A stretch of 64,000 nt of DNA from Candidatus Magasanikiibacteriota bacterium (GCA_023246755.1 JAHFHU010000002.1:3702-67701); one strand, 5' to 3'; shown: positions 48,418-59,704, counted from the stretch's first letter. Numbers and translations are program-made. Notes: a model not told the origin generated them from the sequence alone.

Positions 48418-48585
48418 GCTAATTTTGTATACAATAATGTTACCAAACGGAACTAAAAAAATCAATTAACATGATTTACACACAGAAATCACAGGTTTAT
48501 CCACAAACTTATCAACATACTAGGAGCGCTATTTTTTTGCTATAATTAGCCGAGTCCGAACAAAACTCGGGCGCTGCTGTACTTT

Positions 48586-51500
48586 ATGTCTCTCCGGCAG
48601 TGGTTCAATAGAAAAAACCCTTTAAATAAAAAGAAAAATAAGACCGCCAGCACCAATTTTAATGATGCCGACGTTCTTTTTTATACACAAATAGATCCCG
48701 AAAAACCCCAATCTCTCGAAGAGAAATTCTGGGTAGTCGTTTTTGCGTGTGCTCTGGCCCTGTTTTTTTTGCCAATCATCTATCTCATACCGCGGATACA
48801 TGATTTAGTTAACGCAACCACATGGGTTACAACCGAAGATATAGAAACAACAGACGATGTGGGTGCATATGGCAACATCGTTCTTAATTCGTCTAATCTC
48901 CCTGATGCGGTTTTTTACGATAAAACAAATCGAAGAGTTCGATGGGCAACACGCTCTGCTGGCGGAACATGGGCGGCAGAATCGATTGAAACACTGCCAA
49001 ATGAGTACAATTTTGGCAACACAAACAACATAAAAATGGGTATAGCCATCGATCCGACCGATAATAAGCCATCGGTGCTTTACTGTAATTATGGCTACGG
49101 CGGCGGCGCTGCAAATTCGCAATTGCGTTTTGCACATCGGGTTGGCGGCGGCGCAGGGAATTGCGGTACGAGCAATAATTGGACATGTTCGAGCGTGGGC
49201 GACATAAGTGATTCGTGTGGTATGCGCATGGTTACGCTTGGGTTCCACGTGACGAGCAGTCAGCCGATCGCATCATATTCGCAAGACAGTGGCGCGGGTA
49301 CTCGCATAAAATACGCTGAGTACGACGGTTCCGCATGGACAATAACGACGATTGCGGGGAATGAGTCAACAGGATATTATGACCTACAACAAACCGCACT
49401 TTCGTTTACAACAAGCAGCGAGCCGGTTATTTTTTTCCCGCGTCAATACGACGGCTCAATCGATCAGGTTATGTATTCCTATCGCCGCGCATCGGATTGG
49501 GCGTGGCAAACACCGGTCGTCGTCGATAGCGTTCGACATATAAATGCACCCGCAACATTCATGTCGGCAACAAAAGACAGTAACGGGTATATTTGGGCCA
49601 CATATTCAACGGCATACGGCGGACTTAGCTACGCAAAACTTATCGGCGGCACGCTCACGACCTCGACGCTTGATCAAACCGTCAGCAGCACATGGAATTC
49701 GATCGCGATTATAAACAGTAATCCGGCGGTTGCGTGGTATGATTCGACCAACAGCGATCTTAAATATTCAATATACACTGCTGGTATATGGACGGGAGAA
49801 ACGGTTTCTTCAACGGGCGATGTTGGGCAATATGCCGCGCTTGCCTCAACGGGCGGCCTGCCATTTATTTCTTACTACGACCGCACGAACGGCAACGCCA
49901 GCTTCATTTCGGCAACAGCGTTTAACACGGCGCCAACTGCCCCGACCGTGCCATATTCGAACTCAACAACTGCGCAATCTGGTTTAGCTAATCCAACGAA
50001 TCTTGCAACAAGCACGCCGGCATTTTCCGCCCTGTTTAATGACGCAGATGGGAGTGACACGGGCCAGAAGGCTGAAATTCAGGTGACAACGAGCACGGAT
50101 GGTTTTGCAACCGTCACGCACTGGGAGTCTGGTGCATCCGGTAACACCTATTCTCCAAACACAACAAATGGCGCTCGTTCAATTGATTTTGGCTACAATA
50201 ACTTCGGAAGCGCCGCAACAAAATCTATCAGTTTTCCGGACGACGGAACGGAGGGCGGCACCAACACCACGTATTATTGGCGAATTCGATTTTGGGATGC
50301 GAGTGTTGCGGGCACATGGTCGGCGACCGCAACATTTTCGATCTTGGATCTTCCCGCTGCGCCGTCATCACTCCTTGCGCCGTTAAGCGAAACAAGTGCT
50401 GTCGCAAGTTGGACGGATAATTCTTCGATTGAGCGCAGTTTTGCGCTCGCGCAATCAACGGACAACAGCACGTACACACACGCCGCAACATCATCGGCGA
50501 ATGTCGCAACCGCAACCGCGTCAACTTTGATTCCGAACACACTTTATTATTTTAAGGTTCGTGCGTACAATCTTGCGGGTTATTCATCCTATTCGACCGC
50601 AACGAGCGGCTACACACTTGCAAATATTCCGGCGACAGTGATGGCAAGTTCATCCGCGTACGATCGCGTGAGTCTTTCGTGGAGCGCAAATAGCAACTCA
50701 GCCGGAACCGAATATGATGTGTTGAATGTAACCGCGAGCACAAATTCTGGATTCGCTGCAGGAACAAACGCGACAATCACGGGCCTGCAGGGTGCAAAAT
50801 CATATACGTTTCAGGTTCGAGCTCGAAATTCGGCACTCATCAACACGAGCTATTCTTCCGTTGCGACAACGACCACGCTTCCGAACGATCCCGCGAGCCT
50901 CACCGCTACACAAAGCGGCACGTCGGTCGTGCTCGCGTGGAGCGCAAATGGTAATAGCGCCTCGGCGAATTATATTGTCGAAAATATCACAACCGGTCTG
51001 ACATCAGGCCTGATTAGCGCAACAACGTACACGTTTACCGGTTTGACCACCGGCTCAACATACCAATTTCGTGTTAAGGCATACAACAGTGATTCGATGG
51101 CGTCTGGTTATTCGGGCACCACATCCATCACGCTCACCGCGAGTTCTTCGGGGAGCGCGGGCGGGGCAGCGTCGCAAGGTCGCGCCGAACAACAGGCGCA
51201 GCAACAAGCGATCATCGCCGATGCGATGAGTGGAGCTTTTACCATTTCATCGATTGACAATGGCGTTACATCAAAAATGACGTCTTCGACGCAGGTGTAT
51301 CTGAATCTGACGTATTCTGCAAATGTTACCGACATGATGGTTTCAAATCAGCCCGGATTTGATGGTGAATCATGGATTAAGGCACAACAAAAGACGGCGT
51401 GGAATATTATTGGCGGAACAGGCACGCGCACCGTTTACGTTAAATTTCGAAGCAAAAAATTAAACACGAGCGACGTTTTTGCGCAATCAATCACACTCGA

Positions 51501-53889
51501 TCAGGTCGCGCCGGCGGTTCCAACGATCGCATCGCCGACGATGAATGAAAAATTAACCACTGAAAAAATTTCCTACAGTGGCACCGGAGAAAGTCAATCG
51601 CACATCATCCTCACTCTGCACAGCACGGTCAACGGAGTGACTGTCAGTCAATCGATCGGCGATGTTGTGGTCGATGAGCGTGGCGCATGGTCATACGATG
51701 CGCCAATTCCGCTTGCCACGGGCAACTATTCCGTATACGTGACTTCGTTCGACGCGGCGGGCAATAATGCAAAATCTGCGATGATTAGATTTTCGGTTGT
51801 TGATAATACGCCGCCGGCAACGCCCGACGTTTTGTTGCCCGAACAACATGGGGTTGTTGAGGGTGGTTTATTTTCCACCAATGGGTTCGCCGAGCCAAAT
51901 ACAAAAATTATCATTGTCCGCGACAATATTTTGACGTATCAGGCGGAAACACAACTCGATGGGACATGGAAATATCATTTTGTTGTGCCGCTCGGGGTTG
52001 GGACGCATTCGCTTGAATACACAGCAATTGACAGTTCAAGCAATCAGAGCGCCAAGCGAACCATTCTGTTTTCTGTGACCGGGCCCATCATAGCAGCGCC
52101 GATCATACCAGATCTGCCCATCGTTCAACCGCCAGCGTCGCCCTCACCAATTATTTCTCAAAAACCTCACAATCCAAAACCGGCTTTTTTTGATCAAACA
52201 GCAAGTGCACCAACAGGGAAATCAATCGCGGGTGGCACTGCAAATGTAAGTTCATCACCAGATTCACCAACAAATTCGACGTCGGACTCATCAGGCGCAG
52301 CCATCTCTGATGGAATTATTACGCTCGATCCGAAATCGCAAATTGACATTGTCGCGCAATCGTCGAACGAAAGCGTTTCGTCGGGAATTTTGAAGAACGC
52401 CGCCGCTGTCGTTAATGCAGCGTATGATCGGGCGCAGATCGTGGCGCGCCAAACGGCTGTTTCGGCAAAGCGAGCCGCACGTGTTGTTAAACAGGTTGCT
52501 GAAACTCCACAAGTGCAAGCCACCAATAAAATCGTCGTGGTTCCGACGACGTCGGCGATTGCGATTGCGTCGGTGGGTGGCGCGGTCAACAGTTCGCAAT
52601 ATTTGATTTATCTCAAATATTTGTTTACGCAACCATTTTCGTTGTTGCGGCGCCGGCGAAGAAAAGGGTGGGGGACGGTTTACAATGCATTGACGAAGTT
52701 GCCGGTTGATCTTGCGGTTGTACGCATTGTTGATGCGAAATCAAACCGCGTAGTTCAGTCGCGCGTAACGGATCGCATGGGCCGGTATCAATTTTTTGTT
52801 CAACCCGGCGAATACGCGATTGAATCAACGAAGCAAGACTTTTCGTTTCCGCCGGTATATATGAAGGGCCGAACGGAAGATGGGCGCTATACGGATGTCT
52901 ATGCGGGTGGCGCGCTCGCGCTTGAACAGCCAACGGCCGTGCGATACAACATTCCGCTTGATCCGGCTGGGATGGAAAAGCCCGCGTCCCAGATTTTGCG
53001 TGAGGCGGCAAAAAAACGTTTTGCGCAAATTGCGAGTTTGGGTGGCGTAATTATGACCGGCGTTTCATTCGCGGTGACGCCAACTCCAATTGTGGGTGCG
53101 TTTTTGGTTGGACATATCGGTAGTTACTTTGTTTTTCGCCGTCTGGCTCTTGGAAAAAAGCCGAACAATTGGGGGGTTGTCTATGATGCAGAAACAAAAT
53201 TACCCGTTGCAAAGGCGATCGTGCGCATTTTTGACACGCAATACAACAAACTTCTTGAAACACAAGTGACCGATGACAAAGGTCGGTATGCGTTTTTAGT
53301 CGGTAAAAATACGTATTATGTGATGGCCGAACACCAAGGTCATCAAAAATTTGTTTCACAACCCGTTGAAATACGCGAGGATGTTGAGGGAAGCGCCGTC
53401 GCACCGGACGTTATGCTTAAAGTCGAATCGGTTCTCGTTCCAGAAACGCTCTCATCGGTCCCCGTAACGGAAACGCCGGCGATTGCGGAAGCCGTCTTGC
53501 CGAGCGCTGATTCGGTTCAGCCTCAACAGCAACCGGTAAGTTACGCACCAAAAGCAATTGTTCCGTTACATGTCGACGCAGCGTCGGATCTCAGTCCATC
53601 GATTCTTTTTAAAAAAATTTCGTCCGAAAATAATAATTCCACGCCTATCGCCGAGGCACTTGCGAGTAAAACACAACAAACCGAACAGTTCGTGGTGTTT
53701 AAAAAAATTGAGCAACAAGCATCGGCGCAGCGCAAAATCGCTCCACTCGCAATTGCACACACAAATACATCTGGTTTGTTAGCGCCCATTTCATTGGCGT
53801 CCCGAAAATTAATCATAACCGGCTTGCCGCATGATATTGATGAGTTGCCTGAGCTCATCAACGACGGAAATTTTTTGCCACAGCGATAA
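48586..53889 (+). CDS. large surface protein: propeller-like repeats, FN3 and Ig-like domains, carboxypeptidase-regulatory-like domains
   Basis: N-terminal TM; YYD..N..LKY..W repeats; W..N..Y..L.PNT.Y.F.VRAYN FN3; D.AGN Ig motifs; TD..GRY.F.V. Confidence 0.85.
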   Translation: MSLRQWFNRKNPLNKKKNKTASTNFNDADVLFYTQIDPEKPQSLEEKFWVVVFACALALFFLPIIYLIPRIHDLVNATTWVTTEDIETTDDVGAYGNIVLNSSNLPDAVFYDKTNRRVRWATRSAGGTWAAESIETLPNEYNFGNTNNIKMGIAIDPTDNKPSVLYCNYGYGGGAANSQLRFAHRVGGGAGNCGTSNNWTCSSVGDISDSCGMRMVTLGFHVTSSQPIASYSQDSGAGTRIKYAEYDGSAWTITTIAGNESTGYYDLQQTALSFTTSSEPVIFFPRQYDGSIDQVMYSYRRASDWAWQTPVVVDSVRHINAPATFMSATKDSNGYIWATYSTAYGGLSYAKLIGGTLTTSTLDQTVSSTWNSIAIINSNPAVAWYDSTNSDLKYSIYTAGIWTGETVSSTGDVGQYAALASTGGLPFISYYDRTNGNASFISATAFNTAPTAPTVPYSNSTTAQSGLANPTNLATSTPAFSALFNDADGSDTGQKAEIQVTTSTDGFATVTHWESGASGNTYSPNTTNGARSIDFGYNNFGSAATKSISFPDDGTEGGTNTTYYWRIRFWDASVAGTWSATATFSILDLPAAPSSLLAPLSETSAVASWTDNSSIERSFALAQSTDNSTYTHAATSSANVATATASTLIPNTLYYFKVRAYNLAGYSSYSTATSGYTLANIPATVMASSSAYDRVSLSWSANSNSAGTEYDVLNVTASTNSGFAAGTNATITGLQGAKSYTFQVRARNSALINTSYSSVATTTTLPNDPASLTATQSGTSVVLAWSANGNSASANYIVENITTGLTSGLISATTYTFTGLTTGSTYQFRVKAYNSDSMASGYSGTTSITLTASSSGSAGGAASQGRAEQQAQQQAIIADAMSGAFTISSIDNGVTSKMTSSTQVYLNLTYSANVTDMMVSNQPGFDGESWIKAQQKTAWNIIGGTGTRTVYVKFRSKKLNTSDVFAQSITLDQVAPAVPTIASPTMNEKLTTEKISYSGTGESQSHIILTLHSTVNGVTVSQSIGDVVVDERGAWSYDAPIPLATGNYSVYVTSFDAAGNNAKSAMIRFSVVDNTPPATPDVLLPEQHGVVEGGLFSTNGFAEPNTKIIIVRDNILTYQAETQLDGTWKYHFVVPLGVGTHSLEYTAIDSSSNQSAKRTILFSVTGPIIAAPIIPDLPIVQPPASPSPIISQKPHNPKPAFFDQTASAPTGKSIAGGTANVSSSPDSPTNSTSDSSGAAISDGIITLDPKSQIDIVAQSSNESVSSGILKNAAAVVNAAYDRAQIVARQTAVSAKRAARVVKQVAETPQVQATNKIVVVPTTSAIAIASVGGAVNSSQYLIYLKYLFTQPFSLLRRRRRKGWGTVYNALTKLPVDLAVVRIVDAKSNRVVQSRVTDRMGRYQFFVQPGEYAIESTKQDFSFPPVYMKGRTEDGRYTDVYAGGALALEQPTAVRYNIPLDPAGMEKPASQILREAAKKRFAQIASLGGVIMTGVSFAVTPTPIVGAFLVGHIGSYFVFRRLALGKKPNNWGVVYDAETKLPVAKAIVRIFDTQYNKLLETQVTDDKGRYAFLVGKNTYYVMAEHQGHQKFVSQPVEIREDVEGSAVAPDVMLKVESVLVPETLSSVPVTETPAIAEAVLPSADSVQPQQQPVSYAPKAIVPLHVDAASDLSPSILFKKISSENNNSTPIAEALASKTQQTEQFVVFKKIEQQASAQRKIAPLAIAHTNTSGLLAPISLASRKLIITGLPHDIDELPELINDGNFLPQR

Positions 53890-53950
53890 AACTTTACGTC
53901 GATGCGCGTGCGTGATAGGATTTTGCAGCGCTTGGCGTAAAATTTTTCTC

Positions 53951-54023
53951 GGGCCCTTAGCTCATTTGGTAGAGCGCTTCCATGGCATGGAAGAGGTGGC
54001 GAGTTCGAGCCTCGCAGGGTCCA
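53951..54023 (+). tRNA. tRNA-Ala(GGC)
   Basis: G3:U70 acceptor GGGCCCT/AGGGTCC, CTTCC-AT GGC AT-GGAAG, TTCGAGC. Confidence 0.95.
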
Positions 54024-54052
54024 ATTTTTTGAAAAATCTCAGCAATTTTGCG

Positions 54053-54081
54053 TTGACAAAACACGTTTTTTGTGCTATTAT
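54053..54081 (+). promoter_or_regulatory. sigma70 promoter
   Basis: TTGACA-17-TATTAT with extended -10 TG. Confidence 0.7.
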
Positions 54082-54141
54082 AGTTAGGTAATTATTCATC
54101 TTCTAATCCTTCGTCTCTCAGGTTGGACTAAAAGATTTTTT

Positions 54142-55677
54142 ATGCAGTTCCTTACTAAGTGGTGCAAACATATGTGCACCGTACCCGCACGAGTATATTT
54201 CGTAGCATTTGTTTTTGCCCTCTCGACCGTTTACGTGTCGCAAGAGGTTGGCTCTGTTTTTGCGCAGAGCGTTGGTTCGGGTCCGATGCCGCCGCAGCCG
54301 ATGGGACCGCCACCAAATAACCAGATGGGTCCAAACCAGATGGGCGGGCAACAGGCCGGTGGTCCGCAAGGCGGCCAGTTCGGCAAAATGGATCAGGGCC
54401 AATTTGGTGGTCAGCCACAACAGCAACAGCCGATGCAGCAAGGCCCCAATCAAATGATGCCGCCGTTGAATGGCGGGCAGGGAATGCCACCAAGTCAAGG
54501 CGGTAAACCAGATTTTAATGGTGGACAGATGCAGTTTGGTCAACAGCCAATGCAAAAGATGGGAAAATTTGACAACAGCCAAATGGGTCCAAACCAGATG
54601 GGCGGGCAACAGGCCGGTGGTCCGCAAGGCGGCCAGTTCGGCAAAATGGATCAGGGCCAGTTTGGTGGTCAGCCACAACAGCAACAGCCGATGCAACCAC
54701 AACAGTTTCAGAACGATCAAAAACAGGGCGGCGTCATGGAAAAAGGACAGCACGAAGATTCAGACGCGCAGCAATCAAAAATGGAAGCGCAGCGCGCAGA
54801 GCAGATGAAAAAACAGTTTGCTCAAATGAAAAAGCAGTTTGGTCAGATGGGTTCTATGTTGAAAAAAGTTGAAGCGCGCGTAGCTGCTGTAGAAAAGCAG
54901 GGCGTAAAAGCTCCAACCGAACTTGCGGAAGCTCTCGCAAATGCAAAAATCGCGCTCGCAACGGTGCAGAACGCACAATCATTAGAAGATGATGGTGTGC
55001 AAGATGCGATGCAAGCGTTGCAAGAGAGCGGTCACACCTTGCAACAAGGTATGCAGCAACTTGAGATGCTTGGGCAAATGCCACAAATGTTAAAACAAGC
55101 TGCGTCAGAAATTAAAAAACTCGAAGCGTCATACACACGTTCACAGAAATTAGTGAGTCGCGCGAAAATCGATGTGTCAAGTCAGATGGCCGAATTTCGT
55201 AAGGCAATTGACACGATTAAAGCTGGCTACGCCAACGCGCAGCAACTCATCCAGAGTGGCGATGCGGAAGGCGCGAGCGAAGCGCTTAAAACAGATGTGT
55301 GGGATAATATGCAAGACGCATATCAGTATCCCGGCATGATCGAAGCGTTGAGCAATGTAAAAAAATATCTTACCAACTTCGACAAATTCATTGCGCGTGC
55401 CGCAAAGAGTAAGGCCGTTGGCGGAGACAGCGAAGCGAGCGCCGCGCTTCAGGACATGCGAACGAAAGTCGTTGAACTCAAGCAGTCAGCGACGCAAGCA
55501 ACAACAGATCCCGAAGAATTGAAATCCGCGATTAACGACATCTTTGAATTGCAATCAACGATTCAAGGTGTGTTGGGCACGAGCAATCCAATGAGTGCGC
55601 AATCGCGACAGAACGGAAATTCATCCTTTGACTTTTCAGCTTTTGGACAGGTGAACGATTCACAAGGGCAGCGGTAA
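54142..55677 (+). CDS. secreted protein with Q/G/M/P-rich low-complexity N-domain and helical C-domain
   Basis: Signal-like N-terminus (VFA-Q), QMGPNQMGGQQ repeats, amphipathic helices. Confidence 0.75.
   Translation: MQFLTKWCKHMCTVPARVYFVAFVFALSTVYVSQEVGSVFAQSVGSGPMPPQPMGPPPNNQMGPNQMGGQQAGGPQGGQFGKMDQGQFGGQPQQQQPMQQGPNQMMPPLNGGQGMPPSQGGKPDFNGGQMQFGQQPMQKMGKFDNSQMGPNQMGGQQAGGPQGGQFGKMDQGQFGGQPQQQQPMQPQQFQNDQKQGGVMEKGQHEDSDAQQSKMEAQRAEQMKKQFAQMKKQFGQMGSMLKKVEARVAAVEKQGVKAPTELAEALANAKIALATVQNAQSLEDDGVQDAMQALQESGHTLQQGMQQLEMLGQMPQMLKQAASEIKKLEASYTRSQKLVSRAKIDVSSQMAEFRKAIDTIKAGYANAQQLIQSGDAEGASEALKTDVWDNMQDAYQYPGMIEALSNVKKYLTNFDKFIARAAKSKAVGGDSEASAALQDMRTKVVELKQSATQATTDPEELKSAINDIFELQSTIQGVLGTSNPMSAQSRQNGNSSFDFSAFGQVNDSQGQR
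54325..54695 (+). repeat. 113-bp intragenic direct repeat (54325-54437; 54583-54695)
   Basis: Copies identical except one synonymous A/G. Confidence 0.9.
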
Positions 55678-55748
55678 TCGCTCCCGATCGCACACGCAAC
55701 TGTCATGAAAGGTATCGTAATAAAATCCCCGTTTTTTCTGCGGGGATT

Positions 55749-57146
55749 TTAAATTTGATCTATGGTCTCTATGAAAATTTGAGCAAGTTTTTTAGTTGTC
55801 GCGATTGATTCTGTTCCAACGGAAATGCGCAAAAATGGTTGCGTGTCCTTGTCAGCATGAAGCGCGGTTAGATAGACGCGTGTCGTGTCCATGCCAAAAC
55901 TGGTTCCCGCAACGAGATCGACGCGATGTTTTTTTGCTAGAGCAATTGCACGCCGGATGAATTTTTTGTACAGTACGATTTTTGATTGATGCGATTTTGG
56001 GGCAAGCACAAAAAAACTGCCGTGAAATTTTTTTGAGCACGTCCAATCATATCCTGTGTATGTTGGTAACCCCGGATACACGACGTGTGAGAACGGCGAT
56101 TTTTTTTGTACGCGCAGATGTTCGTCGATTATGGCCGTGAGATACGATGCGTTACGTTGCATGCGCAGTATTCGGTTTTCGAGCAGTGCGCGATTTGGTT
56201 CGGGGAGGGCGAGCACCGACGCATCCGGCATGATTGTTCCAAAATGCATCCGCCAAAGCAAAAGTCGGCATGATGAAATTGCAGATGTCCATATCACACC
56301 ACCGGTTACCCGATCCAAACCAAACTGATGATATTTGTTGAGACTTTCGAAAACAATCAGAGTAAGTTTGCTCGGAACGAGTGGCATGTCTTTGAGCGGT
56401 TGATACATGATGCTCAAGCCGGTATTGTCGAGCACGAGTGTTGTGGGGCGCGTGATTTCTTTTGCAAGGCGCGTGATGATGCGTGTCAGGTCAGGCATCG
56501 CAATCGTTTCAGTGTTGCAGAGCGAATCTAAAAAAATCACAGACGGCTGAATTTTTTTGACTGCCGCGAGCAGTGCATCGACATCCATTTCGTCAACGTA
56601 GGTTAAATGCTCGCGGCAAAAACTTTCAAGGATTAATTTGCTCTCAAAATATGTCGAGACTCCGGCGACAACCGGCCCGTCGATCATTCCATCAAGTTGG
56701 AGGCTCAACAAAATGGTGGTGAATGCCGACATCCCGCTTGATGTTACTAAAACATTTGGCGGCAAGCGCAGCGGTGCGTCGATGTACGACGCGCGAAACG
56801 CACGTTCGTATTGTTCGGCGTCAAGGTGGCGATCACGTTTGTAATCATTGATTGTGCCATCGATTTTTCCCGTTTGACTGCCGGCTTTTGAGTTGATTGA
56901 GTGCGCATACGAAGGGGACTGCCAATCTGTCGAGGCAAGAATTGCCGCAGTGATGCCTTGTAATTCGCGTAGTTTTTCCGCAGATGAATTATCAAAATCC
57001 TGTTCAATTTTTTGGTATGCTACGATGGTTTCATCTAAAATTTTTGATGAAATTTTGTTGTTTTTTTTAAAATTTTCGAGACGTCGAAGTGCGGATGTGC
57101 AGAGAAATAATAGTTCATCGCACTCACTTCGTGCGTTTTTCTCCAT
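55749..57146 (-). CDS. PLP-dependent enzyme, Cys/Met metabolism family
   Basis: SSGMSA, LVLDNT, ESLNKY (PLP Lys), YPGLP, SFG, LRISVGTE. Confidence 0.8.
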   Translation of the reverse strand: MEKNARSECDELLFLCTSALRRLENFKKNNKISSKILDETIVAYQKIEQDFDNSSAEKLRELQGITAAILASTDWQSPSYAHSINSKAGSQTGKIDGTINDYKRDRHLDAEQYERAFRASYIDAPLRLPPNVLVTSSGMSAFTTILLSLQLDGMIDGPVVAGVSTYFESKLILESFCREHLTYVDEMDVDALLAAVKKIQPSVIFLDSLCNTETIAMPDLTRIITRLAKEITRPTTLVLDNTGLSIMYQPLKDMPLVPSKLTLIVFESLNKYHQFGLDRVTGGVIWTSAISSCRLLLWRMHFGTIMPDASVLALPEPNRALLENRILRMQRNASYLTAIIDEHLRVQKKSPFSHVVYPGLPTYTGYDWTCSKKFHGSFFVLAPKSHQSKIVLYKKFIRRAIALAKKHRVDLVAGTSFGMDTTRVYLTALHADKDTQPFLRISVGTESIATTKKLAQIFIETIDQI

Positions 57147-57525
57147 ATAAAATTTTGATAGAAAATATACATCCGCCGATGCCGTCGAATAATAAATCGA
57201 ACATGGTGTCGGAGTTGTTCAGCTGGAAGTGCGTGTTGAAAAAATAGTCATGTAAGAATTCGTACCACTCCCACGCAACGCCAAAAAGCATGACGAATGA
57301 GATGAGCAAAACAATTTGTCCAAGCAGCGGAATTTTTTTCCACCAAATCAACGACGGCGTTGCGGAAACATATTGATGGAACATGTGGGCGATCGCGAGG
57401 CCGCCGAGTCCATGCATGAGATGATCGATGCGCGGTTCAAATGCATAGATACGATCCATGAATGGCGTTTGGTTAATTAAAAACAGCGCGACGGGCGCCC
57501 ACATGATAGAAATTATTTTTTTCAT
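57124..57525 (-). CDS. small membrane protein (DUF2238/VanZ-like)
   Basis: DHLMHGLGG, GVAWEWYEF, DTMFDL. Confidence 0.6.
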   Translation of the reverse strand: MKKIISIMWAPVALFLINQTPFMDRIYAFEPRIDHLMHGLGGLAIAHMFHQYVSATPSLIWWKKIPLLGQIVLLISFVMLFGVAWEWYEFLHDYFFNTHFQLNNSDTMFDLLFDGIGGCIFSIKILYGEKRTK

Positions 57526-57550
57526 AGATTTTTTGATATACTGAATTCCC

Positions 57551-58690
57551 ATGACGAGTGAAACTTTTTTTGAAAAATTATCTGATGCTCTGTTGCAACC
57601 GCCCGCGCACGCGTGGGATGGTCCGCAACCTGGACTTTCCGCGCAAGCTGATGAGCGTTGTCGTTATTATTTTTCGCAAAACACAGGACGACTGGAGCGT
57701 ATTGTACAGCATGATGCGACGGGTGCGCCAGCCGTGCAAGTTCATTATCGACATGTTGACTCCGGCGAAATTTCCGGTCAATCGCGGGCGCGCGCATTTG
57801 AAATTGAGCGATGGAATGGTGACGCGTTTGTTTCCGAAGGGGTGGTCGCACAAGACGGCCGTGTGATTCGGACGCACGCGCTTCCGCGCACGATGCTCAC
57901 CGAGCATGGAAAACAGGAGCCTATCCCGCGCGAGTCGGATATTTTTATCACACCATCCGGCGAGGTTGTTCGACTTTCGTCGCAAGGGACTTTTTTCGCA
58001 TCACCACGCGCTGCATATTTGGGTCGCGCAACAATTTTTAACGCAGCGCATCCGTTTGTCGTTAAAACACCATCGGGTGAGCATGAACTTTCCGTTGATT
58101 GTCGGGACACGGTGATTGATGTTGAAGGGAATGTGTTTGAATTTAAGTCGGAAGGTTTGGTTGCGATCGGAGAGCTTGTCATTCCCGAGTTAGATCACGC
58201 GGCGGATCAGGTGGGCACGCAGCATCTCGTTCATGATTTTTTTACGCTTTCGCTTGCGGATAACGCAGTTACCGTCGATTTTCATGACGCGAAAATTAAT
58301 GAAATGCTGGAGCGGCCGTTGCATCCGATTGGCGGGCGACACCCGTTTGTTCACGATGCGACGCCGGAACTTGTTGATATACACGGCAGCACGCTCGGTG
58401 AGGAGCGGTTACGCGAAGTTGAGCGCGCGGCGCTTGAGCTCGGGCTTGTGAGTTTTGCGCTTCGGAATGAGACGCGACGGCCTGCGCGCGCGGCGTTTTT
58501 GAAAGCGCAGCACGCGCTCGAAGATCGGTTGTGGCATCGGATTGATCGGCTCGAGGAGCTCGTCGGGATGGCGCGGCACACGCTCGTGAACCCGACGCAA
58601 ATTCGTGCGTGGATTGACCGCGCAGCCGAACATCCGCACGAAGCTTTGCTCGCGCTCAAAGCACATCAATCGTATGTTGCAGCTCGATAA
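57551..58690 (+). CDS. hypothetical protein
   Basis: 379-aa ORF overlapping the start of the recombinase gene. Confidence 0.6.
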   Translation: MTSETFFEKLSDALLQPPAHAWDGPQPGLSAQADERCRYYFSQNTGRLERIVQHDATGAPAVQVHYRHVDSGEISGQSRARAFEIERWNGDAFVSEGVVAQDGRVIRTHALPRTMLTEHGKQEPIPRESDIFITPSGEVVRLSSQGTFFASPRAAYLGRATIFNAAHPFVVKTPSGEHELSVDCRDTVIDVEGNVFEFKSEGLVAIGELVIPELDHAADQVGTQHLVHDFFTLSLADNAVTVDFHDAKINEMLERPLHPIGGRHPFVHDATPELVDIHGSTLGEERLREVERAALELGLVSFALRNETRRPARAAFLKAQHALEDRLWHRIDRLEELVGMARHTLVNPTQIRAWIDRAAEHPHEALLALKAHQSYVAAR

Positions 58691-59639
58691 ACTCGCGGCG
58701 GAATTTTTGGACCATCTTGAGATCGAAAAAAATCGTTCGCTCCTCACGCGGCGGAATTACGAGTTATATTTGCGGCGATTTGTTGATTTTATCAAGCGTG
58801 CGTACAAAAAAAATAATCCCGACGCGATCACATTTGACGCGGTGCGTGCCTATCGGTTGTGGCTGCATCGGTTTGTCGACGCGCAGGGGAATGCGTTGTC
58901 AGCAGCGACACAAAATTATCATCTGATTGCGCTGCGGTCGCTTTTGAAATATTTATCAAAGCGCGAAATTAAATCACTTGCGGCCGAGCGCGTTGAGTTG
59001 GGCAAAATGCCGGAGCGGCACGTTTCGTTTTTATCCGGTGACGAACTTGCCCGGTTTTTGAACGCGCCGCTGCACGCGGATCAAAGCGAGTCATTGGCCG
59101 CGCGCGACAAAGCGATTCTTGAGTTGTTGTTTTCGACGGGTTTGCGTGTGTCGGAGCTCGTTGGTTTGAAGCGCGACGATGTTGAGTTGTCACGCGGAGA
59201 AATTGGCGTTGTTGGAAAGGGGCGCAAACGGCGTGTGGTGTTTGTATCCGATGAGGCGCGCCAGTGGGTGAAAAAATATTTGGGGCTGCGGCGCGACATG
59301 AGCCCATTTTTGTTCGCGAATCAGGATCGTGCGGCGGCAACACGCGAGAAGAAAAAATCGGGGAGCGCTGAAGCTGTTGAAGGTTTGACGCCACGCTCGG
59401 TGCAACGCATGGTTGAAAAATATGCGCGCGAGGCGGGGATTATGAAGACCGTGACGCCGCACGTGCTCCGCCATTCATTCGCGACGGATTTGTTGCACAA
59501 TGGCGCGGACATCCGCTCCGTGCAAGTCATGCTCGGCCACTCGTCAATCACGACGACGCAAGTTTACACACACGTCACGGATCCACAGCTCAAAAAAATT
59601 CATCAGAAATTTCATCATCGGGGGCAGGCGGGGGATTAA
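58674..59639 (+). CDS. XerC/XerD-type tyrosine recombinase
   Basis: RDKAILELLFSTGLRVSEL, GKG.K.R, TPHVLRHSFAT, LGHSSITTTQVY. Confidence 0.93.
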   Translation: MLQLDKLAAEFLDHLEIEKNRSLLTRRNYELYLRRFVDFIKRAYKKNNPDAITFDAVRAYRLWLHRFVDAQGNALSAATQNYHLIALRSLLKYLSKREIKSLAAERVELGKMPERHVSFLSGDELARFLNAPLHADQSESLAARDKAILELLFSTGLRVSELVGLKRDDVELSRGEIGVVGKGRKRRVVFVSDEARQWVKKYLGLRRDMSPFLFANQDRAAATREKKKSGSAEAVEGLTPRSVQRMVEKYAREAGIMKTVTPHVLRHSFATDLLHNGADIRSVQVMLGHSSITTTQVYTHVTDPQLKKIHQKFHHRGQAGD

Positions 59640-59704
59640 ATATCGGTTTTCCACAATTCATGCACATTGACAAAAGTTTCAGGCTATGGAACCCAGTGGG
59701 GTAT

